Of a stretch of 64,000 bases of DNA, positions 28,491 through 38,395 are shown piece by piece. The notes under the pieces were generated by a model that saw only the letters and a list, made by a program, of their open reading frames with translations, had not been told where the DNA came from and ran no database searches. The stretch comes from Candidatus Poribacteria bacterium (lineage in GTDB: Bacteria > Poribacteria > WGA-4E > JAJDTR01): positions 5,056,850 through 5,120,849 of the forward strand of contig CBDCTK010000002.1 of assembly GCA_965222225.1 (NCBI GenBank), written 5' to 3'. Every line of letters begins with the position of its first letter. The stretch's first letter is position 1. The translations under genes and the position numbers were made by a program.

Positions 28491-28850
28491 ATGCCCACGT
28501 ACGATTATCAGTGTCGTGATTGTGGAATAAAGTTCGAGTTATTTCAAAGCATGACCGAGGACCCGATTCAGGAATGCCCTCACTGTCATGGCAAGGTCAA
28601 GCGGTTGATTGGCGCCGGGGCAGGGTTGATTTTTAAAGGATCGGGTTTCTACAGCACGGACTATCGAGGCGATGGCTACAAGGAAGCGGAGAAAAAGGAC
28701 AAAGCGCCTTCTTCGGGTGAAGGAGGCAAGAGTGACGAGAAGAAAAAGGGAGGAGACAAAAAGTCTGGCGGGGACGCGAAATCGGACAGCGGGAAAAGTT
28801 CAAAAAGTAGTGAATCCAAAAGCAGTTCAGCGGCTAGCAGTGATTCGTAA
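28491..28850 (+). CDS. FmdB-family zinc-ribbon regulatory protein with low-complexity tail
   Basis: MPTYDYQCRDCG..FE...CPHC...FKGSGFYSTDY. Confidence 0.85.
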   Translation: MPTYDYQCRDCGIKFELFQSMTEDPIQECPHCHGKVKRLIGAGAGLIFKGSGFYSTDYRGDGYKEAEKKDKAPSSGEGGKSDEKKKGGDKKSGGDAKSDSGKSSKSSESKSSSAASSDS

Positions 28851-28981
28851 TCAGGATGAGCAATCGGCGTCGACTTTGGAAAGAATGTGTTAAAGCGTCG
28901 CCGCCATGAATCATGTATGCCTTACGCGCCCGATAGTATTGATTCACGAACATAGCCAAACGTATTTAGGGGAGATTCATA

Positions 28982-29728
28982 TTGAGAACGGCTAATCCTG
29001 CCCTTAACGAAAATACATTCACGAGAGTTGAACGCACGTATGCGGATTCCGATGTAATGTCGATTCAGGGTACGGTAAACAAGATAGGAATCTTGCTTGT
29101 GCTGACGATAGCCACTGCAACTTGGACGTGGACATTCGCAGGAGGGGAATCCCAAGCAGTGTACCCGTTGTTAACCTTCGGTGGAATCGGTGGTTTGATT
29201 GTCGCCATCGTTACCGTGTTTAAACAGACGTGGTCCCCTGTCACCGCGCCAATTTACTGTTTGCTAAAAGGGCTCGTTCTCGGTGGCATTTCGGCAATCT
29301 TCGAAGCGATGTTCCCTGGAATCGTCTTTCAAGCGGTGTGTTTAACCTTCGGCACACTCTTTTGTCTGCTCATTGCGTACAGAACCGGACTCATCAAAGC
29401 GACCGAGAATTTCAAACTAGGCGTGGCTGCCGCGACCGGCGCGATTATGCTTGTTTATGCGGTGACATTCCTTCTTGGTCTCTTCGGCATCGGTCAACTG
29501 GATTTTATCCACGGTTCCGGGCTGATTGGTATCGGTTTTAGTCTGTTCGTCGTTGTCATCGCGGCGCTGAATCTCGTGCTAGACTTCGATTTCATTGAAA
29601 ACGGCGCGGCACGCGGTGCACCGAAATATATGGAGTGGTACGCAGCCTTCGGCTTGATGGTCACTCTGATCTGGCTGTATATTGAGATTTTGCGGCTGTT
29701 GGCGAAACTCGCGGCAAATCGGGATTAA
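28982..29728 (+). CDS. Bax inhibitor-1/YccA-like membrane protein
   Basis: MRTANP; about 7 TM; LVLDFDFIE.G...GAPKYMEWYAAFGL.VTL.WLY.EILRLL. Confidence 0.85.
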   Translation: MRTANPALNENTFTRVERTYADSDVMSIQGTVNKIGILLVLTIATATWTWTFAGGESQAVYPLLTFGGIGGLIVAIVTVFKQTWSPVTAPIYCLLKGLVLGGISAIFEAMFPGIVFQAVCLTFGTLFCLLIAYRTGLIKATENFKLGVAAATGAIMLVYAVTFLLGLFGIGQLDFIHGSGLIGIGFSLFVVVIAALNLVLDFDFIENGAARGAPKYMEWYAAFGLMVTLIWLYIEILRLLAKLAANRD

Positions 29729-29937
29729 GAGTGGGGAGGTGTTACAATTACGACTTGTGCTAGTTGATATAGGCTATGCGAAAACGAAGTCTTTGATTTC
29801 GATGAACTGATAGAGCGTTGGGATGACTGGAAGCGTTACAGACATCCCAGTTTTTTATCGATATTTCCTCTCCCTAATATATAGCACGATTGGAATTTTC
29901 CATCTTACAAAAAAAAGACTGAGCATGCCCACTCATT

Positions 29938-29973
29938 GTTGTAGTCTATGACGCGATAAAAAACAGACTAAAA
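29938..29973 (+). repeat. 36-bp repeat copy D (degenerate)
   Basis: GTTGTAGTCTATGACGCGATAAAAAACAGACTAAAA. Confidence 0.7.
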
Positions 29974-29994
29974 ATTGGAATAAGGGTAAACATA

Positions 29995-30282
29995 ATGGAA
30001 AATACGACAGTAATGCTTGTGGCGATTCTAGTAGCGGTTTGGGGGTTGATAATTGGCATCATTGCTCATTAGTGGTATATCACCAAGGCTTTGAACTCAG
30101 AGGCATTGAACTCAAAGATAAACCGAGATGACTTGAAACGCCTAAGAGATGATTTCAACCGCTTGAGAAATGACATGAGTGTTCGCCAGTTGCTGTTTCA
30201 GCATGTGAGTGACCACGAGAAGCACGCCAACGCTGGCCAGGTGCGCAAGCATGGACGACGAACTAATGATAGAAAAGGGTGA
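29995..30282 (+). pseudogene. TM + coiled-coil small protein interrupted by TAG (30070-30072)
   Basis: MENTTVMLVAILVAVWGLIIGIIAH*WYITKALNSEALNSKINRDDLKRLRDDFNRLRND... in one frame. Confidence 0.5.
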
Positions 30283-30345
30283 GATGTACCGATGGAGCAT
30301 TGTGGGGTAAAAGTTAGTCGCATAGGGTTCTATTTCAACGGGGCG

Positions 30346-30381
30346 GTTGCAGTCTATGACGCGATGAAAAGCGGACTGAAA
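30346..30381 (+). repeat. 36-bp repeat copy E
   Basis: GTTGCAGTCTATGACGCGATGAAAAGCGGACTGAAA, 13 nt before ATG 30395. Confidence 0.85.
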
Positions 30382-30394
30382 AAAAGGATCCGAT

Positions 30395-31009
30395 ATGTCG
30401 TTCAAATCGATGTTGAATGAAATTGGACAGGAGTTGCCAGCACTAAATCTGACTGGAGTACTCGTTGTTTTCGGCATTGGTTTTTCAAGGTTAATCTATA
30501 AATTAGTGAGATTAGCGGAACATAAATGCTTCGCGAAACGTTTTCTCGCAAAATATACTCAAATGCTAAATGATGAGCAGACCGCCGCCGAATCGTATGA
30601 ATGGTTACTTGACCATCTATCCCAGATAAAAAGGGAAATGAGAGCACACGGAGATAGTAACTATGCTCACATAAGTCACATCATATCAACTTTACATGAT
30701 CGCCCTCCGGTACTCGCTCCCAATTTGGATGATGTTTGCGTAGATTTAAGGAAATATATCGGTACACTTTCTTATTCGATCCGAATACAGTGCAAACATG
30801 TTTGGCGTTTTCCTTTGTGGCCAATTGTATTGCCAATGCAAGTCGTAGAGCTGGTTGTGGTTGATATAATACTGCGATTTAGCAAAACCGCTGACTTTAA
30901 TTCGCACAGTAGCCATCCCGTGATCTGGACAATCAAGATAATATTTGCCGTGTATACCTTTATCGCTGGCTGGGATGCAGTCGTGAAAAAAATTAAAGAG
31001 ATTTTCTGA
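30395..31009 (+). CDS. hypothetical membrane protein
   Basis: 204 aa with an N-terminal TM and two C-terminal hydrophobic segments. Confidence 0.6.
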   Translation: MSFKSMLNEIGQELPALNLTGVLVVFGIGFSRLIYKLVRLAEHKCFAKRFLAKYTQMLNDEQTAAESYEWLLDHLSQIKREMRAHGDSNYAHISHIISTLHDRPPVLAPNLDDVCVDLRKYIGTLSYSIRIQCKHVWRFPLWPIVLPMQVVELVVVDIILRFSKTADFNSHSSHPVIWTIKIIFAVYTFIAGWDAVVKKIKEIF

Positions 31010-31043
31010 GTTGTAAACCTGTCGTTTCTTGTCGTTTACACTG

Positions 31044-31073
31044 GTTATAGTCTATGTCTTGATGAAAAGGGGG
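31044..31073 (+). repeat. 36-bp repeat copy F (partial)
   Basis: GTTATAGTCTATGTCTTGATGAAAAGGGGG. Confidence 0.65.
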
Positions 31074-31333
31074 CGTCGGTGCCATCATTCTACCTGCCAA
31101 GTTGTACGAACCCGCCATTTTGGATAAACCTCGTTGGCCAATTAGTGACCAAAAGACTCCTCCGTTTGTCTAGTCGTTGGTTATTCACTTGTTCGTTGAA
31201 ACACAAAACACATCTCAATGGGCAATGAACAGGTGAATAACCACACTTTGTATTCCGCAGAAATGTGTGGATACCTACCCGAACAGTTAAGCAGAACAAC
31301 TCACCGAACTCTACCCTGAATAAGGAGACCTCT

Positions 31334-32254
31334 ATGACCGATTTTATCGATTTTCACGACATCTTCCATGAAATACAAGAAAAATCCAAGGATGGAAACT
31401 ACATTTACCGCGGGGAACCTAATTGCACAGAATCAGATAAACACGGCGGAAAAGTATCGTCTCGTCTGTGGCGTGAATGTGTGAAACATAACATTCGTGA
31501 TGTCGAAGACTTCCAGAAAACAAGAATTGAATACGCAAAAAGACATACAACGTCCGACGCACAGGAGTGGGCGATACTTACTGAAATTCAACACTACGGT
31601 GGTGATACAAACCTTATCGACTTTACGACAAGTTGCTTCGTCGCTCTCTTCTTTGCGTGCAATGGTCATTTCGACAAAGATGGGCGTGTAATCGTACAAA
31701 ACCTGAATGAACACCAATCCCGTATTATGCGACCTAGTGGCCCAGTTAATCGTGTTCATGCCCAAAAAAGTATTTTCATGCGTCACGAAAAGGGTTATTT
31801 TGAACCCAAGGAAAGTGAACTAATCAAAATCCCGTCAAAGTTCAAAGAAGAATTGCTAACACACCTAGACAGATATCATGACATATCTGTCGTAACTATC
31901 TATAACGACCTTTATGGTTACATCCAATACCAACACTACCATGGTACTGCCGAAGAGCATTTTTCTAAGGGTATAGGCTGTGAACAAAGCAATGAGTTGG
32001 TAAGAGCTATGGAACATTATGACCGGGCCATTCAATTAAATCGCAATTTCGCGGGGGCATATTTCCGTCGCGGACAACTTCACTACAACAAAACTGCACC
32101 CGAAGACCGCGCGAGAGCTGTTGACGACTTTCGGAGAGCTGTGGAGATAGTGTCCGATTATTATCATGATTTACCGCCAGATATCCAAAAAATAATATTT
32201 CCTCCGCTTCCTAATTTATCCATACTAGGACAATCCACTAACCAAACACTGTAA
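31334..32254 (+). CDS. FRG domain protein with C-terminal TPR
   Basis: YIYRGE, QHYGG.TNLIDFT....VALFFAC, RVHAQKSIF; AMEHYDRAIQLNRNFAGAYFRRG TPR; RBS AAGGAG. Confidence 0.8.
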   Translation: MTDFIDFHDIFHEIQEKSKDGNYIYRGEPNCTESDKHGGKVSSRLWRECVKHNIRDVEDFQKTRIEYAKRHTTSDAQEWAILTEIQHYGGDTNLIDFTTSCFVALFFACNGHFDKDGRVIVQNLNEHQSRIMRPSGPVNRVHAQKSIFMRHEKGYFEPKESELIKIPSKFKEELLTHLDRYHDISVVTIYNDLYGYIQYQHYHGTAEEHFSKGIGCEQSNELVRAMEHYDRAIQLNRNFAGAYFRRGQLHYNKTAPEDRARAVDDFRRAVEIVSDYYHDLPPDIQKIIFPPLPNLSILGQSTNQTL

Positions 32255-32324
32255 ACTCAACGCTGAAGCGATGTGACGGCTTACCCCGCCCGTTACAATC
32301 CACATATGCCTACGAAAGGCCTCC

Positions 32325-33755
32325 ATGATCGAGAATGATGCATTAGAAAACCCTGTTTTTGAATACTACTGGCTCACACATGCAAATGCAGACGCGGTAT
32401 TTGAACGGTTAAAAAAGCAAAGATCGCATTGCTCCAAACTCGTTAGTAGTAAAGGCGAAATAGTTGAAAAGACATTAGTAGAGCGCCATGAAGCTTTAAT
32501 AAACCTAGGTTTGGCATTGTATTACAGGCTTTCAAGCGAAACCGCACTCAGCCTTTATAGGAACAGCGATACGACGATAAAGCGTGCGTTATTAGCTGGC
32601 CCCTCCGTCCGAGAAATCGGCTTTCCCAATTTCTGGTTGGACGATGTCCTAGAGGAAATATTATCTTCTTTCGATGAAAATGTTGAATTCGTGAAATCGT
32701 TGTTTTCAAATGAATTCATTCCCTATGAAAAAATATTCAAGTTATACGAAAAACAAAGACCTTTTGACGAATTATCGGAAAAACAGTGGCTATGGGCCAT
32801 AGATTTTACTACGCAAAATCCTCGCATGGATGGGTTGTGTTATCTCCACGAAGTATTCGACGGTTCTTCACCCTATAGTTCTTTCCTCGAATTCGGGTTG
32901 CGTTATGATGTATGGTGCTCCGCTTGGAATCTATTCGCCTCTGTACCGGTAAACTATTATTCTGCATACGTTCTTGCAGGTCTGGGCAAAATTCTAACTC
33001 CATGCGGCAAGAAGTGGTTTCCAGGGCCTGGCAATATAGATGTGCGGCAGACAATAAAACGATGGGAAAAATCTGAAGACGAGGATGAATTGGACTGGTA
33101 CCGCCAATGTCGAACGGCTTTAGGTCGATTATTGGAGGAAGATGAGTTAAAAGACAGCGATGATGTTGCTTTGAGGCAAGCGTACTATAATCAACTTGAC
33201 TGGCATCTCTTAAAACCCGATGACGTAAAGCACGCCTTTGAAAGAGATAAGGAGAATTTTCTTGATGTCGCTATAGAAAACGACCTATTTTATGTAAATG
33301 AAGAGATTAGGACAGCATTGCGACATTGGTGTTGGCAGTATGGTCGTGATGCTAGTCGCTCATCAAAGGAGCATTGCCAGAGGTTCGACACGCGTGAGAC
33401 ATGGTTAAAACGAAAGCATCCCGAATGGTTTACCGAGTATGGAGACAATCCCCCCTTTGACCAAGTTGGCGATTTACGCTTACGAGCTGAAAAACGTCTT
33501 GTGTTCCTTCAAAAAGAGATTAAAGCACTCAGAAACATAGTAATCGGAATAGAGTCCGAATTCAAAGATAGTGAAGATGATGACAATTGGACGTTAGGAG
33601 ATCAGAGACAACCGCTGCTCAATAGAATAAAATTTGAGATATTGCACTCAAATAAACAAATGATGTCACACATTATGTCTAAGTTGTATTCAATCCTTGG
33701 CTGGATAGTTGTTACGCTTATTGTGGGTGCCATAGTAATCTTGAGTGTCGATTAG
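32325..33755 (+). CDS. hypothetical protein with C-terminal TM anchor
   Basis: 476-aa open frame with RBS AAAGG; ends in ILGWIVVTLIVGAIVILSVD. Confidence 0.65.
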   Translation: MIENDALENPVFEYYWLTHANADAVFERLKKQRSHCSKLVSSKGEIVEKTLVERHEALINLGLALYYRLSSETALSLYRNSDTTIKRALLAGPSVREIGFPNFWLDDVLEEILSSFDENVEFVKSLFSNEFIPYEKIFKLYEKQRPFDELSEKQWLWAIDFTTQNPRMDGLCYLHEVFDGSSPYSSFLEFGLRYDVWCSAWNLFASVPVNYYSAYVLAGLGKILTPCGKKWFPGPGNIDVRQTIKRWEKSEDEDELDWYRQCRTALGRLLEEDELKDSDDVALRQAYYNQLDWHLLKPDDVKHAFERDKENFLDVAIENDLFYVNEEIRTALRHWCWQYGRDASRSSKEHCQRFDTRETWLKRKHPEWFTEYGDNPPFDQVGDLRLRAEKRLVFLQKEIKALRNIVIGIESEFKDSEDDDNWTLGDQRQPLLNRIKFEILHSNKQMMSHIMSKLYSILGWIVVTLIVGAIVILSVD

Positions 33756-34056
33756 AATAACCCCTACTTCACATGAAAAGGTGTTTGCAAGAACTTCAAA
33801 CAAAAACTCGGCTACACTGACTTTGGCGCCGCCATCATGCTCATCGGGATGCTCGCCGCCAACCTGACCTCAATTACCGCCCTAAACAATGGCCATTTTG
33901 ATTCAATCACCCGTACAAGATAAAAGTCTTGGGTCTTGAGGGTGCTACCGATATTGAGGGAGGGATGATCGATTTGAACACTGCATTGGTAAAGAAACGA
34001 TTATTCATGCGTGAACCCACTCCACCCTTCCTTCTCATCCACAACAATTAAAGGAG

Positions 34057-35286
34057 TTGGCTACAATATTTTACAAGTGTAAAAAGTCTAAGCTAACGCT
34101 TAATTCACATTATGTGGTATCTGTACAACTTTTCGAATCAAACAGTACTATAGTAGACATCTTTCCAAAATGGAATTATGTAGTTACAGTAATCTTGGAG
34201 ATTAGAATAACTACACTGTTTGGCAACTTGTCGAGGAGTGCCTTAAGTTAACAATCGCGGCAATCACATTCCATGTTTTCCCATAGTTGCGATGTTTGCC
34301 TCGATAGATGTCTTTGGTGATGCGAAAAATCTTACACCATCTGACGATATGCTCAATACCAACCCTTTGTGTTGCCAACCGTCGGTTGAATTGCTTTGCC
34401 TCCTGAGTCAAGGCCCACTCCGACATTTCTTGATGGGCGTCGAACTATTGGCATACAGTTTGGCTATGCCCTGATAACCACTGTCAGCCAACTTCTTAGT
34501 TTCGGGGGAAATCGCCAGACGGCTTTCCTTCAGAATTCTGTAATCGTGAACACTCCCTTTGCGGCAGATAACCGATAATATTTCTAACATCGCCAAACAC
34601 GCAATCAATTGAACTTTTATGGTGTGCCGTTTTTTTACCGCTGTAGTAGACACGCTGTCCTTTTGTTGGACGTTCAATGGGTCGCTCGGTGACATCAATG
34701 ATGATTGTTTGGAGATTGCTCTCTAATAAGTGCTTTCGATTCTTCATCGAAAGCACTTTAACTAACACATCAAGTATCTGATGATAGATTTTATTTGCAT
34801 AAGACTCACTGATACCAAACTCCAAGCCTAATCTGGCAAAGGTTGGATAGTGGTGCAAATAGGTGAATGTCAGGTGAATGTCAATAGAAGGCGATCGGTC
34901 AATGCCACCTCCGATTTCTTTCCTCGTTTCTTCATCGGCCGTTCTTCTCGAACATTTTCGAGGTGAGTAGCCACACGCTCCAAAATTAGGTTGAAACCTG
35001 TCTTGTCAACACCAACCGCCCGCAGAAATTGCTCATCTGACAACTTTACTGCTTTTTCAAATTGACTCATGGGTATCCTTTCTACAATAGAAGATGTTGA
35101 AAGGATATAACGTGAAATCAAGCCAAATAGGTACTTATTTTGGAAAGATGTCTAGTAGCGAATTTATCTAAAGAAACTGAAACCCATGCCGTGACGGAGA
35201 GGTTCCCAAGTCTTGCAGCAGCGCAAGAAGCCTATGATGAAATCGGTGATTGGCTAGCGTGGGTTAAACAATTCAAAAGTTCATAA
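34057..35286 (+). pseudogene. 75-aa ORF split by the IS5 element
   Basis: Removing 34155-35153 and one AGT copy restores one frame MATIFY...NSTIVANLSKETETHAV...WVKQFKSS*. Confidence 0.45.
34155..35153 (-). mobile_element. IS5-family (ISL2/IS702-like, DDE_Tnp_4) element, transposase inactivated
   Basis: Perfect 17-bp TIRs AGACATCTTTCCAAAAT; 3-bp TSD AGT; transposase from ATG 35070 to 34211 in four ORF pieces (IIIDVTE, YYSGKK/KRHT, LADSGYQG, R..IEH). Confidence 0.9.
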
Positions 35287-35488
35287 TGGCACTACGTCCC
35301 TACCCCGAATCCGCGTTAATCGTGTGCGGCGCATCCAGCGTCGTCAGAAGTCAGTCGACTGTTGACTGAATCATTACAATCCTCACAACAGTCTTGAAAA
35401 TAGCATTCTTTATCGTAGACATCTTGGCTCAACTCGAACGGTGAAACGATGCCTATTTGCGTGTCTAACCGTAAGGCCGTAAGGGTTG

Positions 35489-36214
35489 TCACAGTATTTC
35501 GTTCTGACACTCGTTCAGAATTTCGTTCGCTATCAATAGCGACTCAAATGTCCCCGCATCAGTCCACTTACCCGATAAGATGTCGTATTCCAGCTCGGAG
35601 CGCTTGATATATTCGTTGAGGACATCGGAGATTTCAAATTCCCCGCGATCGGATGGCTTCTGCTGTCGAATGAGGTCGAAAACCTTTTCATCGTACATGT
35701 AGTAGCCAATCACGGCATAATTGCTTTTAGGGTTACCCGGCTTTTCTTCGACTGAGATTATTTTCTCTTCGTCCAATGCGGCAATCCCGAATTCCGTCGG
35801 TTTGCTCACCTCTTTCAGTAGAGCTCGCGCTCCCGTTTCCTGCCTCCGAAAGCTGTCAACATACGGCTTAATTGACCTGACAGCAATGTTATCCCCAAGG
35901 ACAACAACAATCCTCTCTCCCTTCGCGAAATCTTCGGCGAGCAAAAGCGCGTGCGCTATGCCTTGCGCTTCCTCTTGAACCTTGTAGGTGAAGTCCACGC
36001 CGAAGGATTTTCCGCTTCCAAGCAGATTGACAACGTCTCCCATGTGCTCTGTGCTGGTTACCACAAGAATCTCCGTGACGCCAGCCGACACCAACTGCTT
36101 TATTGGATTAAATATCATCGGCTCCCTTCCAACGGGAAGCAGATGTTTGTTCGTGACTTTTGTCAACGGGTAGAGGCGCGTTCCCTTACCGCCCGCTAGG
36201 ATAACACCTTTCAA
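35489..36214 (-). CDS. sugar-phosphate nucleotidyltransferase (RmlA/SpsI-like, short form)
   Basis: MKGVILAGGKGTRLYPLT...NKHLLPV; Q.EAQGIAHA; LGDN; WTDAGT.ESL. Confidence 0.9.
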   Translation of the reverse strand: MKGVILAGGKGTRLYPLTKVTNKHLLPVGREPMIFNPIKQLVSAGVTEILVVTSTEHMGDVVNLLGSGKSFGVDFTYKVQEEAQGIAHALLLAEDFAKGERIVVVLGDNIAVRSIKPYVDSFRRQETGARALLKEVSKPTEFGIAALDEEKIISVEEKPGNPKSNYAVIGYYMYDEKVFDLIRQQKPSDRGEFEISDVLNEYIKRSELEYDILSGKWTDAGTFESLLIANEILNECQNEIL

Positions 36215-36288
36215 AATGGACGAATTTCCTCCGTATGGATTGAGTTCCTAACACAGTTTTTTAATTGCTTCCAGTTGCATTGGAAGAT

Positions 36289-37398
36289 TTATTGCGATTT
36301 TCCCCTTGCAGCGATTTCCCAAACCGATTCGACTATACCGTTTCGGACGCCGTAGTAACGGTCATGGAGGTTGACTGTGGTACAGCAGTGACTCGGCAAG
36401 ATTTCAACCTTATCCCCGGGCTTGAGGTCAACGCTTGGTTCGGCGTCCATTGTGCCATGTTCCTCTGACAAACCACGCATCTCTAGTCCTTCAGCGAGTG
36501 GTTGAGGTATCCCAAACTCTTTTGTTAGCACCTTCATCCCCGAATCGACTATGACCCGCGTAGGCTCCGGGCGGCTTACGACAGTCGTTAACAATGTCAG
36601 TGAACATGGAAACCGTTCTCCTACCCCTTCAACATTGTGGTACGTGCTATCCATGAACACATAAGATCCTGCCTGTATCTCCGTCATTTCAGGGTAAGAT
36701 CCGGTAATTGCGTGTGTACCCGTTCCGCCGCCGCTCATGATTCCCACGGCAATTCCGTTATCTTCAAGGAAATGCTTGGTGTCAATCAGGAGCTCAACAG
36801 CTTTTCCGGTCTCGATTTTCCGTTCGATCAGGTCCGGCCTAGCAACCGTGTGTCCTTCATACCCCATCAATCCCTCAAACTTGAGCCCTTTCGATTTTAG
36901 AATGTGCTGTGCGAGAGTCAATGTCGGCTCTCCGGGCATGGCACCGCAGCGCCCCATTCCAGTGCTGACCTCAATCAATACGCGGAGCGTCACGCCTTTC
37001 GCTTCCGCGGCGGCGGAAAGTTGATCGACGTTATCCGCGTCATCAACGGCAACCATAATTTCCGAGTTCTTGGCAAGGTTGATCAATCGAGCAATTTTCT
37101 GACTTCCGACCACTTGGTTGGCGATGAGCACATCGCGGATTCCAGCGTGTACCATGGCTTCAGCCTCGCCAAGTTTGGCGCAGGTAATGCCGATTGCTCC
37201 GGCTTCAAGCTGCTTGTTTGCGATGATTGGGGTTTTGTGCGTTTTTGCGTGCGGGCGCAGTTCTGCGTTGACAGTCTTGAAAAAGTCCGCCATCGTCCGG
37301 ATATTGGCTTCGAAAACATCCAAATCAATGAGCAAGGCGGGTGTGTCGATTTCTTCCTTGGGAATACCTATGAAAACATCAGGGTGTGCCTCGGACAT
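36289..37398 (-). CDS. DSD1-family PLP-dependent enzyme (D-threonine aldolase / D-serine dehydratase-like)
   Basis: IDTPALLID, LRPHAKTHK, GLMGYEGH, GGGTGT, EIQAGSYVFMD, SEEHG, PSHCCTTVNLH. Confidence 0.9.
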   Translation of the reverse strand: MSEAHPDVFIGIPKEEIDTPALLIDLDVFEANIRTMADFFKTVNAELRPHAKTHKTPIIANKQLEAGAIGITCAKLGEAEAMVHAGIRDVLIANQVVGSQKIARLINLAKNSEIMVAVDDADNVDQLSAAAEAKGVTLRVLIEVSTGMGRCGAMPGEPTLTLAQHILKSKGLKFEGLMGYEGHTVARPDLIERKIETGKAVELLIDTKHFLEDNGIAVGIMSGGGTGTHAITGSYPEMTEIQAGSYVFMDSTYHNVEGVGERFPCSLTLLTTVVSRPEPTRVIVDSGMKVLTKEFGIPQPLAEGLEMRGLSEEHGTMDAEPSVDLKPGDKVEILPSHCCTTVNLHDRYYGVRNGIVESVWEIAARGKSQ

Positions 37399-37447
37399 TA
37401 CGTTACCTCCTTGGGATTAATGACCATTGATAATCTTCCTTCAAGTC

Positions 37448-38395
37448 CTAAAGCTGTTTGACCGGATTAGAGAGCGTGCCCAGTCCGCCGATTTCAATCT
37501 GTACAATATCACCGGGGGCAAGCGGCAAGTCATTCGGAACGATGATGCCGGTCCCTGTGGATACAACCGTTCCAATCGGAACAGGATTATCTCGGCAAAG
37601 GAATTCGGTAAGCTCTTCGAACTTCCAGTTAATTTGGGAAGTGTTGACCTCGCCTTCATACAACGGCTTGTCGTTCCGCAGGACTGTACATCTTACATCA
37701 AGATTGTACGGGTCATCAATCTCGGATGCGGTGACAAACATTGGACCGAGAGCACAGCACCCGTAAAAAACCTTCGATTGTGGCAAGTAAAGCGGATTCT
37801 CGCGTTCCAAATCCCATGCGGAGACATCGTTGCATATCGTGTATCCTGCTATCTCGCCATCGGAGCCGAGGACATAAGCCAATTCCGGTTCTGTCGCGGT
37901 CAACTCAGAGTCGCTCCGGATACAAATGAAGCCATTCGGACCGGTGCAACGAGGCACGGTTCCTTTGAAAAAAATCTCGGGGCGATTTGCATTGTAAACA
38001 CGGCTATAGATATCCTGTTCGCTGTCTTCATCGCGCATATCCGCGCTCCGCTTGTACGTAACGCCACAGCCCCAAACCTCGGGCGTGTCAAGAGGCAGAA
38101 GAAGATGCGGTTTATTCGGATCCGGCGGAATATTAAGATCTTCAAATATAAATCTATCGCTTCTGGGTTCTGCCGACCTGCCCGGACGTGAAGGAATCCG
38201 GAGCGGCGGATTCACGACGCGCTCCTGAATATCCGCCAGCAGAACTCCTATGCTAACACCTTCGCTGTAGGCTAACTCCAAGATTTCGAGGACGCCCGGA
38301 GATTCGTCGCTGGTAACGTCAATAACCTCATCCTCGCGCGTAACAATGCCGACGCGCTTTCCCATATTGGGTAGATGAAATTGAATAAGTTTCAT
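37448..38395 (-). CDS. fumarylacetoacetate-hydrolase-family protein (2-keto-3-deoxy-pentonate dehydratase-like)
   Basis: EVWGCGVTYKRS, RPEIFFK, EPEL, ICNDVSA.DLE.ENPLYLPQSK, STGTG. Confidence 0.85.
   Translation of the reverse strand: MKLIQFHLPNMGKRVGIVTREDEVIDVTSDESPGVLEILELAYSEGVSIGVLLADIQERVVNPPLRIPSRPGRSAEPRSDRFIFEDLNIPPDPNKPHLLLPLDTPEVWGCGVTYKRSADMRDEDSEQDIYSRVYNANRPEIFFKGTVPRCTGPNGFICIRSDSELTATEPELAYVLGSDGEIAGYTICNDVSAWDLERENPLYLPQSKVFYGCCALGPMFVTASEIDDPYNLDVRCTVLRNDKPLYEGEVNTSQINWKFEELTEFLCRDNPVPIGTVVSTGTGIIVPNDLPLAPGDIVQIEIGGLGTLSNPVKQL

Noticed and set aside
32250-32299. attC-like site after the FRG gene (ACTCAAC ... GTTACAA)
   Set aside because: R'' and R' are not complementary, it is only about 45 bp, and there are no clear L boxes. 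TTACAAT is better explained as a -10 element (also at 29741).
37427-38191. 254-aa + strand ORF and many other antisense or alternate-frame ORFs (e.g. 3731-4255, 36904-37461, 46038-46613)
   Set aside because: They fully overlap well-supported genes on the opposite strand and show no recognisable motifs; treated as shadow ORFs.
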